The notes under the pieces: model-generated
Database searches by the model: none
What the model was told of the DNA's origin: nothing
The model's input: only the letters and a program-made list of their open reading frames with translations
Made by a program: the position numbers and the translations under genes
Origin: Octopus sinensis
Lineage: Eukaryota
NCBI RefSeq assembly: GCF_006345805.1
Contig: NC_043002.1
Coordinates: 100,316,001 to 100,380,000, forward strand
DNA length: 64,000 bases
Reading direction: 5' to 3'
In this document: in pieces, positions 40,803 through 52,533 of the stretch
How the letters are laid out: the number at the start of each line of letters is the position of its first letter
How positions within the stretch are numbered: position 1 is the stretch's first letter

Positions 40803-41207
40803 TTCTTTTACTCTTTTTTTTGTTTCAGTCATTTGGCTGCGGCCATGCTGGAGCACCACCTTTTGTCAAACAAATCGACTCCCAGGACTTATTCGTTGTA
40901 AGCCTAGTACTTATTCTATTGGCCTCCTTTTGCCGAACCGCTCGGTGACGTGGACGTAAACATACAAACATCGGTTTTCAAGAGATGGTGGGGGGGGGGG
41001 GCAAACATAGACCTCAAAGAAGACACACACACATATATATATACGGCGGGCTTCTTTCAGTTTCCATCTACTAAATCCATTCACAAGGCTTTGATCGGCC
41101 CGGGGCTGTAGTGTAAAACATTTGCCCAAGGTGCCACGCAGTAGGACTGAACCCGGAACCATGTGGTTGGTAAGCAAGCTACTTACCACGCAGCCAGTCC
41201 TGCACCT
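40803..41207 (-). mobile_element. SINE family A, full length
   Basis: Aligns with 30291-30680. Confidence 0.88.
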
Positions 41208-41925
41208 AAAACCACCCCTGCCCCTATATATTGCTCATAGTTTACTTGTTTCAGTCTCCAGACTCCGGCCGTGTTAGTCACCGCCTTCAAGAAATCTAGT
41301 GGAACGAAAGGAGCCCCATAATTAATATTTTCATAATCCTGATACTTAATTACATCGGTCTGTTTTGCTTAATCGTTAAGCCACTAGGGCGTAAACACAC
41401 TGACACCAGTTGTTAGGGACAAACACAATCACAATAACATACACATAACATACACATATACACGACATGCTTCTTTAGCTTCCCTCTACCGAATCTACTC
41501 ACAAGGTGCCACGCCGTGGGACGGAGCCAGGAACCATATGGTTGTGAAGTAGACGTCTTACCAGTGAGGCCTGTGCCTCTCTGTGTGTGCGCGCGCGTGT
41601 GTGTGTGTATGGCTGTGTGTGAAATTTAGGCTAGTTAAAATATGTTTCTGATATTTTTCAACTTCTAAAAGCAAAGTCACTGCAGTTTCCGTGGTGAAAA
41701 TATTCTCTCTTATTGTAAAATATGTAAAAATACCAAATCTGCCTAGTATTTCCCTCTATCTAATTCCCAGATGCGGCGTTTCTAACTCTTTAAACGTTAT
41801 CAATGGGAAATACCGAAGACAGGTAACTCTGAGCAGATTTAAATTCGCAGCTTTGACTAAAATATAGTCAACAACATCGAATAATTAGCGCTTTTGGATC
41901 GCCCGGTCGAGATAAATTCAGCAGT

Positions 41926-42152
41926 ACCTATTTCTTTACTACCCACAAGGGGCTAAACACAGAGGGGACAAACAAGGACAGACAAACGGATCAAGTCAAT
42001 TACACTGACCCCAGTGCATAACTGGTACTTAATTTATCGACCCCGAAAGGATGAAAGGCAAAGTCGACCTCGGCGGAATTTGAACTCAGAACGTAACGGC
42101 AGACGAAATACGGCTACGCATTTCGCCCGGCGTGCTAACAATTCTGCCAGCC
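41926..42152 (-). mobile_element. SINE family B, monomer
   Basis: acctatttctttactacccacaagggg... through ...gtgctaacaattctgccagc. Confidence 0.9.
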
Positions 42153-42696
42153 ACCAAACAGTATTTAGGCATTGGTGAACTTTAGGATAGTTAATATTTG
42201 TTTGTGACATATTTCATCTTCTAAAGGTAAATTCACTACAGGGGAGAAATGCAAGTTTTATTTATATTTTCAGTTATATTAAAAACAACTTTACATTGAT
42301 CTGAAAGGTTACTTCATACTTTTGTTGGGTAACAAATATAGTATTGAATAGCAAAGCCAAGAGTAACTTGACTGCATCACAGTCAGTCGATGGCTTGGCT
42401 GACCGAAACCTCAAAGTGACTGTCAATGCTATTCTTGTCAAAGAATAATTAATATATACGTACACACGTACACTCACACACGTACACATACATACACGCT
42501 TACACAAACACACACACAAACATATCAGGTGTAATGCTGACAGTGACATGAACTTTCGGCTTACAAACTGTCATCAGGCGATCTGATGAGGCTGAGCATT
42601 TAGTAAATAAGTTTTCTCCTAAGACGTATTTCTAAAATTTAATAGTGTTCTGCTTTTCTATATAACTTCGCATAAAACACAACTTATACATCTATA

Positions 42697-42940
42697 GACG
42701 CAGGCGTTGCTGTGTGGTAAGAAGTCTGATTTGGAAGTACATATTCCACGAATTAGTTTCACGATGTAGAATATTAGGCAAGTTTCTTTTTCTATAGCCT
42801 CGGGCTGAGCAAATCCTTGTGAGCGAATCTGGTCGACGGAAACTGAAAGAAACCCATCGTATCTTTTACTATGGCCCCGGGCTGACCAAGTCCTTATGAG
42901 TGAGGCTGCTCGACGGAAACTGAGAGAAGTCCATCGTTTA
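42697..42940 (+). mobile_element. SINE family A, 5' part with an internal duplication
   Basis: The segment ...cgggctga.caa.tcctt.tgag.ga...cgacggaaactga.agaa..ccatcgt occurs twice. Confidence 0.7.
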
Positions 42941-43839
42941 TGTGTGTGTGTATGCGTGAGAGAGAGAGAGAGAGAGTGCGTGTGTGTACGTATGTGTTCA
43001 TGTATATCCGTATACTTGTGTGTCGTAGACCTCCGTCTTTTAGGAAATTGAATTCAGATCAGAGATCCAAAATAACAATATAAATAACAATATAAATATA
43101 AAATTCAAGAGAAAAAGAACATTAGTGTATGCAAAAGGGATTTTCAATAAAGTGACATGCTAACCACCAGTCTTCCTTCTGACACGTAAATAAGAAGAAA
43201 GTCATGAAGTCAACTAGCCATGCCTGTTCACACACCATTGAATAGTTATCGTAGAACGGTCATTCTACGCCAAACATTAATGGCTGAAAGAGATGCAAGC
43301 TTTGATTAGCCGACGATTTGCTATCCTTTTCTAAATCTAAGAACTCTACTCACCTCCAAATATCTAGCCCTGATATTTTTCATACATGTAAGCAAAAGAG
43401 CGAGTTTCTCTTATTGATAAAAAAAACGCCATCCTCAGTGGATCAAGCTTGAAATCTCATCAAATTTTACCTTCCCTCCATTGAATGAATTTTTCACCAA
43501 CCATTTTTATTCTCATTAAGTGTGTCCCAAAGGGAAGCAACTCTTAATGTTAATCTTTCTCGTTGCACGTTTTCATTTGCCTTAATTCAGTGTCCTTTTT
43601 CAGAGTCTTCTTTTCTGTTTCCTCAAAACCAGCCATGTTGTATATCTGAACATGGAAGATAGCTTTGAAAAACACAGCACACAATGCAAGCTTGTCCGAC
43701 CATTGTGCTTTCACACCATAAATCTAATAGTAGCTCAAAATTAAATCCTGTATACGGCAACTGATATGTATTATTCAATGGATAGAGTATTTCTTTTTTG
43801 CTTTTGCTGATTCCACCAGTAACGGAAGAGTGCATCATA

Positions 43840-43845
43840 CATACA

Positions 43846-43907
<62 letters not shown>

Positions 43908-43948
43908 CTTATATATGTATACATATATATACATATATATATATATGT

Positions 43949-44002
<54 letters not shown>

Positions 44003-44200
44003 TTATATATGTATACATATATTACATATATATATACATATGTATACATATATATATACATATATATAATATATACATATATATAATATATATATATACA
44101 TATGTATACATATATATATACATATATATATATACATATATATATCTATACATACATATATATATATATACATACATATATATATATACATACATATATA

Positions 44201-44280
<80 letters not shown>

Positions 44281-44285
44281 AAAAC

Positions 44286-44318
<33 letters not shown>

Positions 44319-44370
44319 CATATATATAATATATAATATATATATATATATATATAATATAATAATAAGA
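43840..44370. repeat. (TA)n/(TACA)n array
   Basis: Directly visible. Confidence 0.95.
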
Positions 44371-44494
44371 GTAAATAATTTCTATAAAGGTTTTTTAAAA
44401 AAAAAAACCACAATTATTTACTGGTAGAATTCGGTATGTAAATATAGCCGATTACCGGCAGGAACTTCTGTAAAGTTCAGTATATATATTGTAT

Positions 44495-44675
44495 ATAAGA
44501 AAAAAGGACAGGCAACAGGTTGCTTGACCGCATACCGAAAAAATAGAAATAGCAGTCAAGAATGCTTATTTCTATATATATATATATTTCTGATAGAAAT
44601 AAGCATTCTTGACTGCTATTTCTATTTTTTCGGTATGCGGTCAAGCAACCTGTTGCCTGTCCCTTTTTCTTATAT
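44495..44675. repeat. Near-perfect ~80 bp-arm palindrome between (TA)n arrays
   Basis: aagaaaaaaggacaggcaacaggttgcttgaccgcataccgaaaaaatagaaatagcagtcaagaatgcttatttctat, then a short loop, then its reverse complement. Confidence 0.9.
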
Positions 44676-45960
44676 ATATATATATATATTATATATATAT
44701 AATATATTATATATATAATATATATATATATATAATATATACATATATATATTATACATATATATATATATGATCGTGTTCCGAAGGAGAAAATGAGAGT
44801 AAGAGTGAGACACTGACAGACATGTAGAAAAGGCATTCTCTCTTCCCTCTGTATATTTTAATTCTTCGTTCTATGTCTCCCTCCATTAATATATCTTATG
44901 CCAGCATAGGTGACTTACTTACGTAGCCTGTGTCGATAATCGGAAAGGAAGAGATAATTTTATATATTTTGCACACATATATTCGGTAAACTATTTTTAA
45001 ATTGAAATTTCAGGAATAATTTCCCTTCCGTTTGCTCGCTTTGCCAAGAATTTCATGTCACTATTTTTTTTTTCCTTTTTCTTCATTTTTGTTTCTTCCG
45101 GATATCTGAGTTTGAAATTCGCAGTAGATTGCTTTCTTCCGCGACGATAAAATGAGATATATGCATACATACATGGTATATATGTATGCAAGTATGCATG
45201 CATGTAGATATGTATACATGTATACATAAGCCATAATATATATTGATTTATGTTTGTGATGTCAAAGGAAAGAAAATATACTCAATTCATAACATAGTGT
45301 TTATACTACTATAACCTGAATCCTTGCCAGTCATATTGCTGTATTTCACGTCACCGGTGTTTTAAATGACTGAAATAGATAAGTCCCATGAAAATACAGA
45401 CGCAATATATTTCTCTATATTTGGAAACATAGTCAAGCATCAAGATTTTATTGGTTGAGTGAAAACCATTAACAAATGCATCACATATTCGTGTAATATT
45501 AGAAAGAAACTGATACACTCAATTATTTTTATATAAGTAAGCAAGATATTGTTTTTATATATCATATATATAAAAGGCACAGGAGCCAGAAAAGGGATTA
45601 TTGTTAATGAAATATTAGTCTTTATGAAAACTGAATGATAATTTTCATTGTATTGCCATCTTCCTGAATACGTCAAATGCATTACGCTGCAAATATTCAC
45701 ACAATGGGTGCTGATAGGTAGGACGTGATTAGTATAAAATGTTTGAAGGTCACAGTATATGAGTATCTATCTTCAATATATATTTTTTTTTGCATTATTC
45801 TGGATTTAAGTACTAATAAACAGTGCCCTTGTACTAAATCCAACGATGAATGACAATATGTCTATATTTTAATCAACAAATACATTTTAAATTTTAAGCA
45901 ACTATATTAGTATTAGCATATGTAGTGTTTCTTGAAAATTCCTTTGAAAAATGCTTTTAG

Positions 45961-45982
<22 letters not shown>

Positions 45983-46006
<24 letters not shown>

Positions 46007-46220
46007 AGAGTTTACGAAATACACAAAAGACGAAGACAGGTGGTGTACAAAACAAACAGATGTATTAGTATAACGCTCAGGAATAGAAAACGTCTTTTAC
46101 GTTTCGAGCCTACGCTCTTCTACAGAAAGGGACACAGAAAAAACAAGGAGAGAAAAAATGTGTGTAGTGGCTAACGATCTATCATGGCGACTACCAATCA
46201 GATACACAGAAAGAGACAAC
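45983..46220 (-). mobile_element. Solo terminal fragment homologous to the 3' end of PLE 3
   Basis: Shares agtcgccatgat, the HHR and acctgtcttcgtcttt with 60860-61040. 3' end runs into (TA)n. Confidence 0.7.
46094..46129 (-). ncRNA. Minimal hammerhead motif (A6U variant)
   Basis: CTTT-CTGTAGA-A-GAGC(GTAG)GCTC-GAAA-CG-TA-AAAG. Helix I is a perfect 4 bp and helix III is a loopless ACGT palindrome. Confidence 0.65.
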
Positions 46221-47940
46221 GTCTTTCCACATTTTTCATATATGTCTGGATTTTAAGGAATAAATGTTTTAAAAACGATTAAACCATATAGAATATATAT
46301 TTGTATTGTATATATAGTTGTGATCTTTATCTTTCGGAGAATTATAGCATCAAAATGTAATTTTTGAACCAAATTTGGAAATGACACATCTGTTGAGATT
46401 TACAGCTGCCTAAAATATCTTACTCCCTATGTATAGCCATATAACAAAACGATAACACATTTTGTTATCCACCAAGACAAAAGCCTCATTAATATCCGTT
46501 TTTTTTTTCCTTTTCATGTCATTTACTCATTTGATGCTGAAGACAGGAAAACATCACACTTTCGTGCATCTAAATAGAGCAAAATATTACATCTGCTGAC
46601 TAAAACAATTGAATAGGTGATTGTAATACGACTATTCAAGTTGTTTTTCAGCTATCAATCAAACCATTCAAATCACAATTATTAATAATATTTCCATATG
46701 TTTATGAGTTTTTCATTTCTATATTGCCGGACTACTTACCTACTGAAATTATTTGAGTAATCACACATAACTACAACCATTGAGCACTTAACACCGGATT
46801 GATGGACACTGGATAAATAAGTATTTATTTCTAAAAGAATTGTGTTACATTTCGCTACCTCAGGCTGCTTGTGGAACAATCGGTATTTTTCAGCCAGCAT
46901 TCCAAGTACAAATGACAGAACATCCTTCATTTTGCAGTAGTGTAACACAGTCGAGGATGGCCTGATATTGTTTTGGATGAGTTATGCATGAATACATTAC
47001 GGATATTTATTGATATATAAAGGTAGCCGGTAATCATACAGTCACTCTAACATTAGTTCTTATTTCTCCCGCACAATGAAGTTCGAAGCAATGGAATGCC
47101 TATGTTTCTGTAGTCCATAGTTGAATACAGACGTAGACACAAGTATTAGAATGAGTAAATTCAGATACAGTAATGATTTAGCAATGAATATAGTGTTTAT
47201 AGTGAAGAATCTGGAATATTATCGTTCTTCTTTATAAACGTACTTATGTATAGTTATACCAATTACACCGACATATGCAAATGTGTCTACGTGTGTTCTT
47301 AGGCATGCTTATTTACATATATTTATATAGGTTAGTAGAATGTTTAGCTAGGGAGCATCACCTTTTGTCTATAACCCGTAATGGTTTTGTGAAAGCCACA
47401 CTTCTTGTGACGCCGATATTGTGAACGCTCGACTCTTTTGTTTGTATAGTTCGTATCACGTGAATGAGTTTTACCTATTCTAAATAATCAATGGATGTGT
47501 TCCATCCGTGGCATCCAAACTGAACAAAAGTCAATTGTAGTTTTCACTGAACTGTTTCCTTAAACCTACATGAATCACTTTCATTACCAGCACGCATTTT
47601 GCGCAAAAAATATGACCCGGCGTTTCGTCTGTTAATGTACACAACAGGTTGGAGGGCAATGTTTTGGTGCATGTAACTCAATTTCGTACATTTTTCGGCC
47701 AGGTTATGATTAGAATTTACTTGATTATAGTTAAATTTGAACGCTCCTCGATGTCGTCCGAAACTAGCTACATACTTGAATACACTAGGTGAATACATAC
47801 ACACACACACATATATATATATACATAAATCTCTGAGCGAGAGAGGGCACAGAGAGTGTGTCAATAGCCAACTGGAGGAGAGGTCCTCCTGGGGCTACAA
47901 GCTACAGTAGCATCTACCCTTAAGTGCCAAATATACTTCA

Positions 47941-47999
<59 letters not shown>

Positions 48000-48201
48000 A
48001 AAACATTACTTTATATAATTAGGGTTCAGCAAAAAAAATTTGCTTTACCGCATACCGAACTTTTAGAAATAGCAGCCAAAAAATTTAGCTATTTCTTCTA
48101 CTATAAGAAGAGTCTCCCAGACAACGTATACTCAAAAACAATTCACGTAGGCATAGAGGGAAAAATAACGTGAAATAAGTTCACTCGAAATTAGATTACT
48201 C

Positions 48202-48278
48202 GTGAACGCGTTTCTGGGTTAGTCAGATATAGAGATGCTAGAAATACATCCCTATTCTAACATTCCCGTCATCAGCAC
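48202..48278 (-). ncRNA. Hammerhead with canonical core and long helix II
   Basis: GTG-CTGATGA-[CGGG..GTTAGA.ATAGGGATG / CATCTCTAT.TCTGAC..CCCA]-GAAA-CGCG-TT-CAC. Helix III is the palindrome ACGCGT. Confidence 0.65.
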
Positions 48279-48619
48279 TGATATTTCATTAAATTTAAAT
48301 TTGAGAGCACTATAAATCGAACATACCCATCTGATTTGAGTAACCTCGGACAAACCATCCTCGACATCCAGTACTAACGAATTCAAAACACGAATGAGGC
48401 TCCTTAAATTTACCGTAAATGGTCCTTTTACTTACTGAATACTGCTTGATAAAATTATTAATTACTAATTAATTAATATTAATTTTGCCCTTTATTATTA
48501 TTGACAATGTATATATATATATATATAAAATATTATTCGAGACAAAACCACTATTTTGCAAAACAAACAAGGAAAGACTTAATCAATACATAAATTTTAA
48601 TAAATAGTCAAAAAAACCG

Positions 48620-48662
48620 CCACTACAATCGTTTCTTGTCTTGATCGACAATCTTCAGGTGG
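48620..48662 (-). ncRNA. Minimal type-I hammerhead, canonical core
   Basis: CCAC-CTGAAGA-TTGTC(GATCAA)GACAA-GAAA-C(GATT)G-TA-GTGG. All three helices pair. Confidence 0.8.
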
Positions 48663-48701
48663 ACTTCCAATTTACAATTCAGTGTCAAATTATGAATTAT
48701 T

Positions 48702-48785
<84 letters not shown>

Positions 48786-48834
48786 CATATATATATGTGT
48801 GTGAGTGTATGTGTGTGTGTGTGTGTGTGTATGT

Positions 48835-49034
48835 GACCGCATGTGTATCGTTGGCGATTTTCTTTCTCTTCCCCCCTTTGGAATTTTTCTATGTTTCTGA
48901 CGAAGAGCTCCGCTCGAAACGGCAGATTCCTCCATCATTTCTTTCCTTTCCTGAGCGTCCAATAACACTGTACATATTCCATGTCCTCGCGTTGTTGTTT
49001 TTTGTTGTTCTTTCTTGCTTGTTCATGTTTGGAT

Positions 49035-49039
<5 letters not shown>
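48835..49039 (+). mobile_element. Short PLE-type terminal fragment in (TA)n
   Basis: Homologous to 6479-6674 (ttcctgagcgtccaataa, gtcctcgcgttg, tggattaacta). Confidence 0.65.
48893..48926 (+). ncRNA. Minimal hammerhead motif (U16.1 mutated)
   Basis: TTT-CTGACGA-A-GAGC(TCC)GCTC-GAAA-CGGC. Same family as 6577-6609. Confidence 0.5.
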
Positions 49040-49077
<38 letters not shown>

Positions 49078-49604
49078 CTGCAAAAACAGAAAATGAATAG
49101 ATTTAGAGCAAAAGGACAAGGTGAGACAGGTTGATAAATAAAGAAAGAGAGACGGACTCAGTAGCTAACGAAGTGGGATGAAGAGTGCGAGAGTCAAAAT
49201 ATAAAGGAATAAACGAATATAAAATATTGAGATAGAGAGAAAAAAGTACATTAAAATAGAATTGAAACAGAAAACTAATGCTTGCTATTTGTATTTTGGC
49301 CATAGATAAAGGAAGTAAATTGGATATTTGTAAAAAAAATAAGAAGACAAACTTCTGGAATACAATCTGTTCGAACAAATATAACAGTACAAATTAGTTT
49401 ACATGTTATTTTCCTTCAAATATCCTCTTTCATAATTGAATTATAATATGCACACCTCAGAAATTTAATTATCGGGAACGGTTTCAACTGAACTGTCAAT
49501 TTTATTCAGTGTTAAATTATAATGTATGGACGACAAGATGTGAGCACGCACGCAGAGCTGCATTGACAGACATACTCTCACAGACACTCTCAGACAACCA
49601 AAGG

Positions 49605-49690
<86 letters not shown>

Positions 49691-49820
49691 CTGTCTGTCT
49701 ATCTATCTATTTGTCTATTATTTATCTATCTACCTATGTATGTATATGTGTGTGTAGATGTATCTATCTATGATATACGTATATATATATACATTTACAT
49801 ATATGTATGCATGCATATAC

Positions 49821-49887
<67 letters not shown>

Positions 49888-50215
49888 TATTATGCATGTA
49901 TGTAAACATACATATATATACATATATATATACATTTGCATACATATAAATATATACGTACACATATACATATATATATATGCATATAATATATATACAT
50001 AGATGTATCTATCTATATATATATAAATATATATATAGAGAGAGAGGTGGGAGAGAGAGGGACGAGATTGTATTTGTGCATGGTCGCGTTTATAAATGAG
50101 AAAGTTTACACTCGAACACACAAATACATGCGTCCACAAATATATGGGTGTCTGTACACACACATGCATACGCATATACTCACGCATATACTTATACATG
50201 CACATACACACACAT

Positions 50216-50339
<124 letters not shown>

Positions 50340-50721
50340 GCATGCATGTATATCATTATATTTATTGTGTGTGAGTGCGTGTATGTGTGTGTTGTGTGTA
50401 TTAAATGCGTGCTTGTACATATTTGTGGAGAAGACACTTGTTGCAATAACATAAAAGAATGTCACGCGGAATGTAAATCAAGGAACATAGAGTAAAAAAT
50501 GTATATGTTTTATATGTGCTTGCTTCAGGCGAACATGTGTATTTAAAATCATATATACACATTGTGCCTTGAGTAATAGAGTTTACTTGGCTTTATAGAA
50601 GTCTGCAGTGTGACAATACATAAGATAGCCAGTAAGCACTGAATTCAGACAAAACCTAAATTCATACGCTATTTGATGTTTTTTGTCTTTCAGTTGGTTA
50701 TGTACGTGATGTGTATTTATA

Positions 50722-51250
50722 TTGGGTTGTCCAGAAAGTTCGTGCCTTTTTATAGTAGCTTAACTTTCGACTTATTTTAGAACATGATTGAGTGCATAAA
50801 ATTGGATTTGATTACACCTCCTTTTAGAGCACAGTTTAAGCTATCTTTTCGTAGAAGGTTTATGTTCCTATAACCTGTGTTAATTCTGTAACCCTTTAAA
50901 ATGCAAGATAAGAAAGTTCATTTTCGTCACTTGATGCTTTGGGAACCAGACAAAAATTGCTGCAACTCGGCTGTGATGTGTTACCCCACCCTCCTTATTC
51001 ACCAGATATTGCTCCTTCAGATTTCCACTTATTCAGGTCTCTGCAGAATAGTCTTAAAGGTAAAACTTTCAATTCCTTGGATGATGTAGAAAGATACCTT
51101 GATAGATTCTTTGCCATGAAACCACCTCAATTCTACGAAGAGGGTATTTTCAAGTTAAAGATGGAGACGCATTGTGCAACAAAGTGGTTCATATTTGGTT
51201 GATTAAGAATGGAATGGAAAGTATTTATTGTACTTTTCCGGACAACCCAA
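50722..51250 (+). mobile_element. Mariner internal-deletion derivative with both TIRs and TA TSD
   Basis: TA|ttgggttgtccagaaagt ... acttttccggacaacccaa|TA. N-terminal MQDKKVHFRHLML is fused to C-terminal LPHPPYSPDIAPSDFHLFRSLQN. Confidence 0.92.
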
Positions 51251-51839
51251 TATATTTTAAATGCACATTCCTGCAAGAAACATGGATTTATGTCCAGGAA
51301 AATGATATATAGGATATGTATTTTATTGCTAAACATTGAAGTGGCAGTTTTGCTAGGTTCGTAATATTTCAAAAAACAATTACTTATTTTATCCTGGAAG
51401 TTACATAACGAAGCAAGTATATTTCTTATGAAGCATGAAATATCATATAGGTTTTCTGTATTTTATTAATACTCTTGCGTGTCTATATTCTGCACACTAA
51501 CCGGTCCCGTTGTTTGATTACACTCCTCGTAGTGAAATTAGTGTAAAAGAAGAGTCTGAGACCTACTACTAAGACCGAATTTTTTTACGTGCCACGTTCC
51601 ACAGAACAGACCAGTCATGAAACGCTTATCAGTATTTTCTTTCCTTGTATATATGAGGATATATAGAGCAAAATGTCTTCCAGTAGGGCGTTTTTTTTTT
51701 TCAAGCAGGCTTGGCCTTATTTCCATTTGAAATGGCTATCTACAGATTAGTTTCTCGTATGTACGCATTTATGGATGTATATTTATATGTATGGTTGTTT
51801 GTACATATATAATTATGAAATAAAATTTTGCAATTTCAG

Positions 51840-52043
51840 GAAATCCCTTCATCGGGTCTAGAAAAATGGTACAATCTCGAAGGCAGATCCTCCAAATCAA
51901 ATATTCAAGGTGAAATACAACTGAAATTATGTTTAACAACACGTGAGGATCGTGGAATACCTGAAGATGACAATTGGACTGACATGAAACAACATGAGGA
52001 TCTGATTTGTATTTTTATCGAATACCGCGTCCGAACATTACAG
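51840..52043 (+). CDS. BAIAP3: Next exon of the BAIAP3/Munc13-4-like gene (end of C2A)
   Basis: tttcag acceptor (AG 51838-39) and GTAAGA donor at 52044. 204 nt, phase 0/0: EIPSSGLEKWYNLEGRSSKSNIQGEIQLKLCLTTREDRGIPEDDNWTDMKQHEDLICIFIEYRVRTLQ. Continues in frame from NIPAK (cf. BAIAP3 EVP..G.DRWFKLEPRSS.S.VQG). Confidence 0.93.
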
Positions 52044-52119
52044 GTAAGATAAAAAGAAATGCACCGTTCCTGATAAAATTACACACATATGCACTCACAT
52101 GCATATACGTATTTCACTT

Positions 52120-52240
52120 TCTTCTTCTTCCACTTCTTCTTCTACTACTACTATTTCTTCTTCTTCTTCTTCTTCTTCTTCTTCTTCTTCTTCTTCTTCT
52201 TCTTCTTCTTCTTCTTCTTCTTCTTCTTCTTCTTCTCCTC
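52120..52240. repeat. (CTT)n microsatellite
   Basis: Directly visible about 80 bp downstream of the second exon donor. Confidence 0.95.
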
Positions 52241-52496
52241 CTTTTTCTTCTGCTTCGCCATCTTCTTCGTCTGCTACATTTTTGCGTTCATGTATGCGTG
52301 TATATGTTTATATTATATACACATATAAATCTAAGTTCATATACATATGGATGTACATATATATATATGTTTGTGAAAATGCTTTCGGCTTCAATCAAAT
52401 TACGTATATATATATATATATGTGGTGTGTGTGTGTGTGTGGTGTGTGTGTGTGTGTGTGTGTCTGTGTGTGTGTATACACGTATATGTATGTGTG

Positions 52497-52533
<37 letters not shown>

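Noticed and set aside
42551-42600. Head-to-head TCATCAG/CTGATGA with a nearby GAAA
   Set aside because: Neither side forms helices I-III; at most a remnant.
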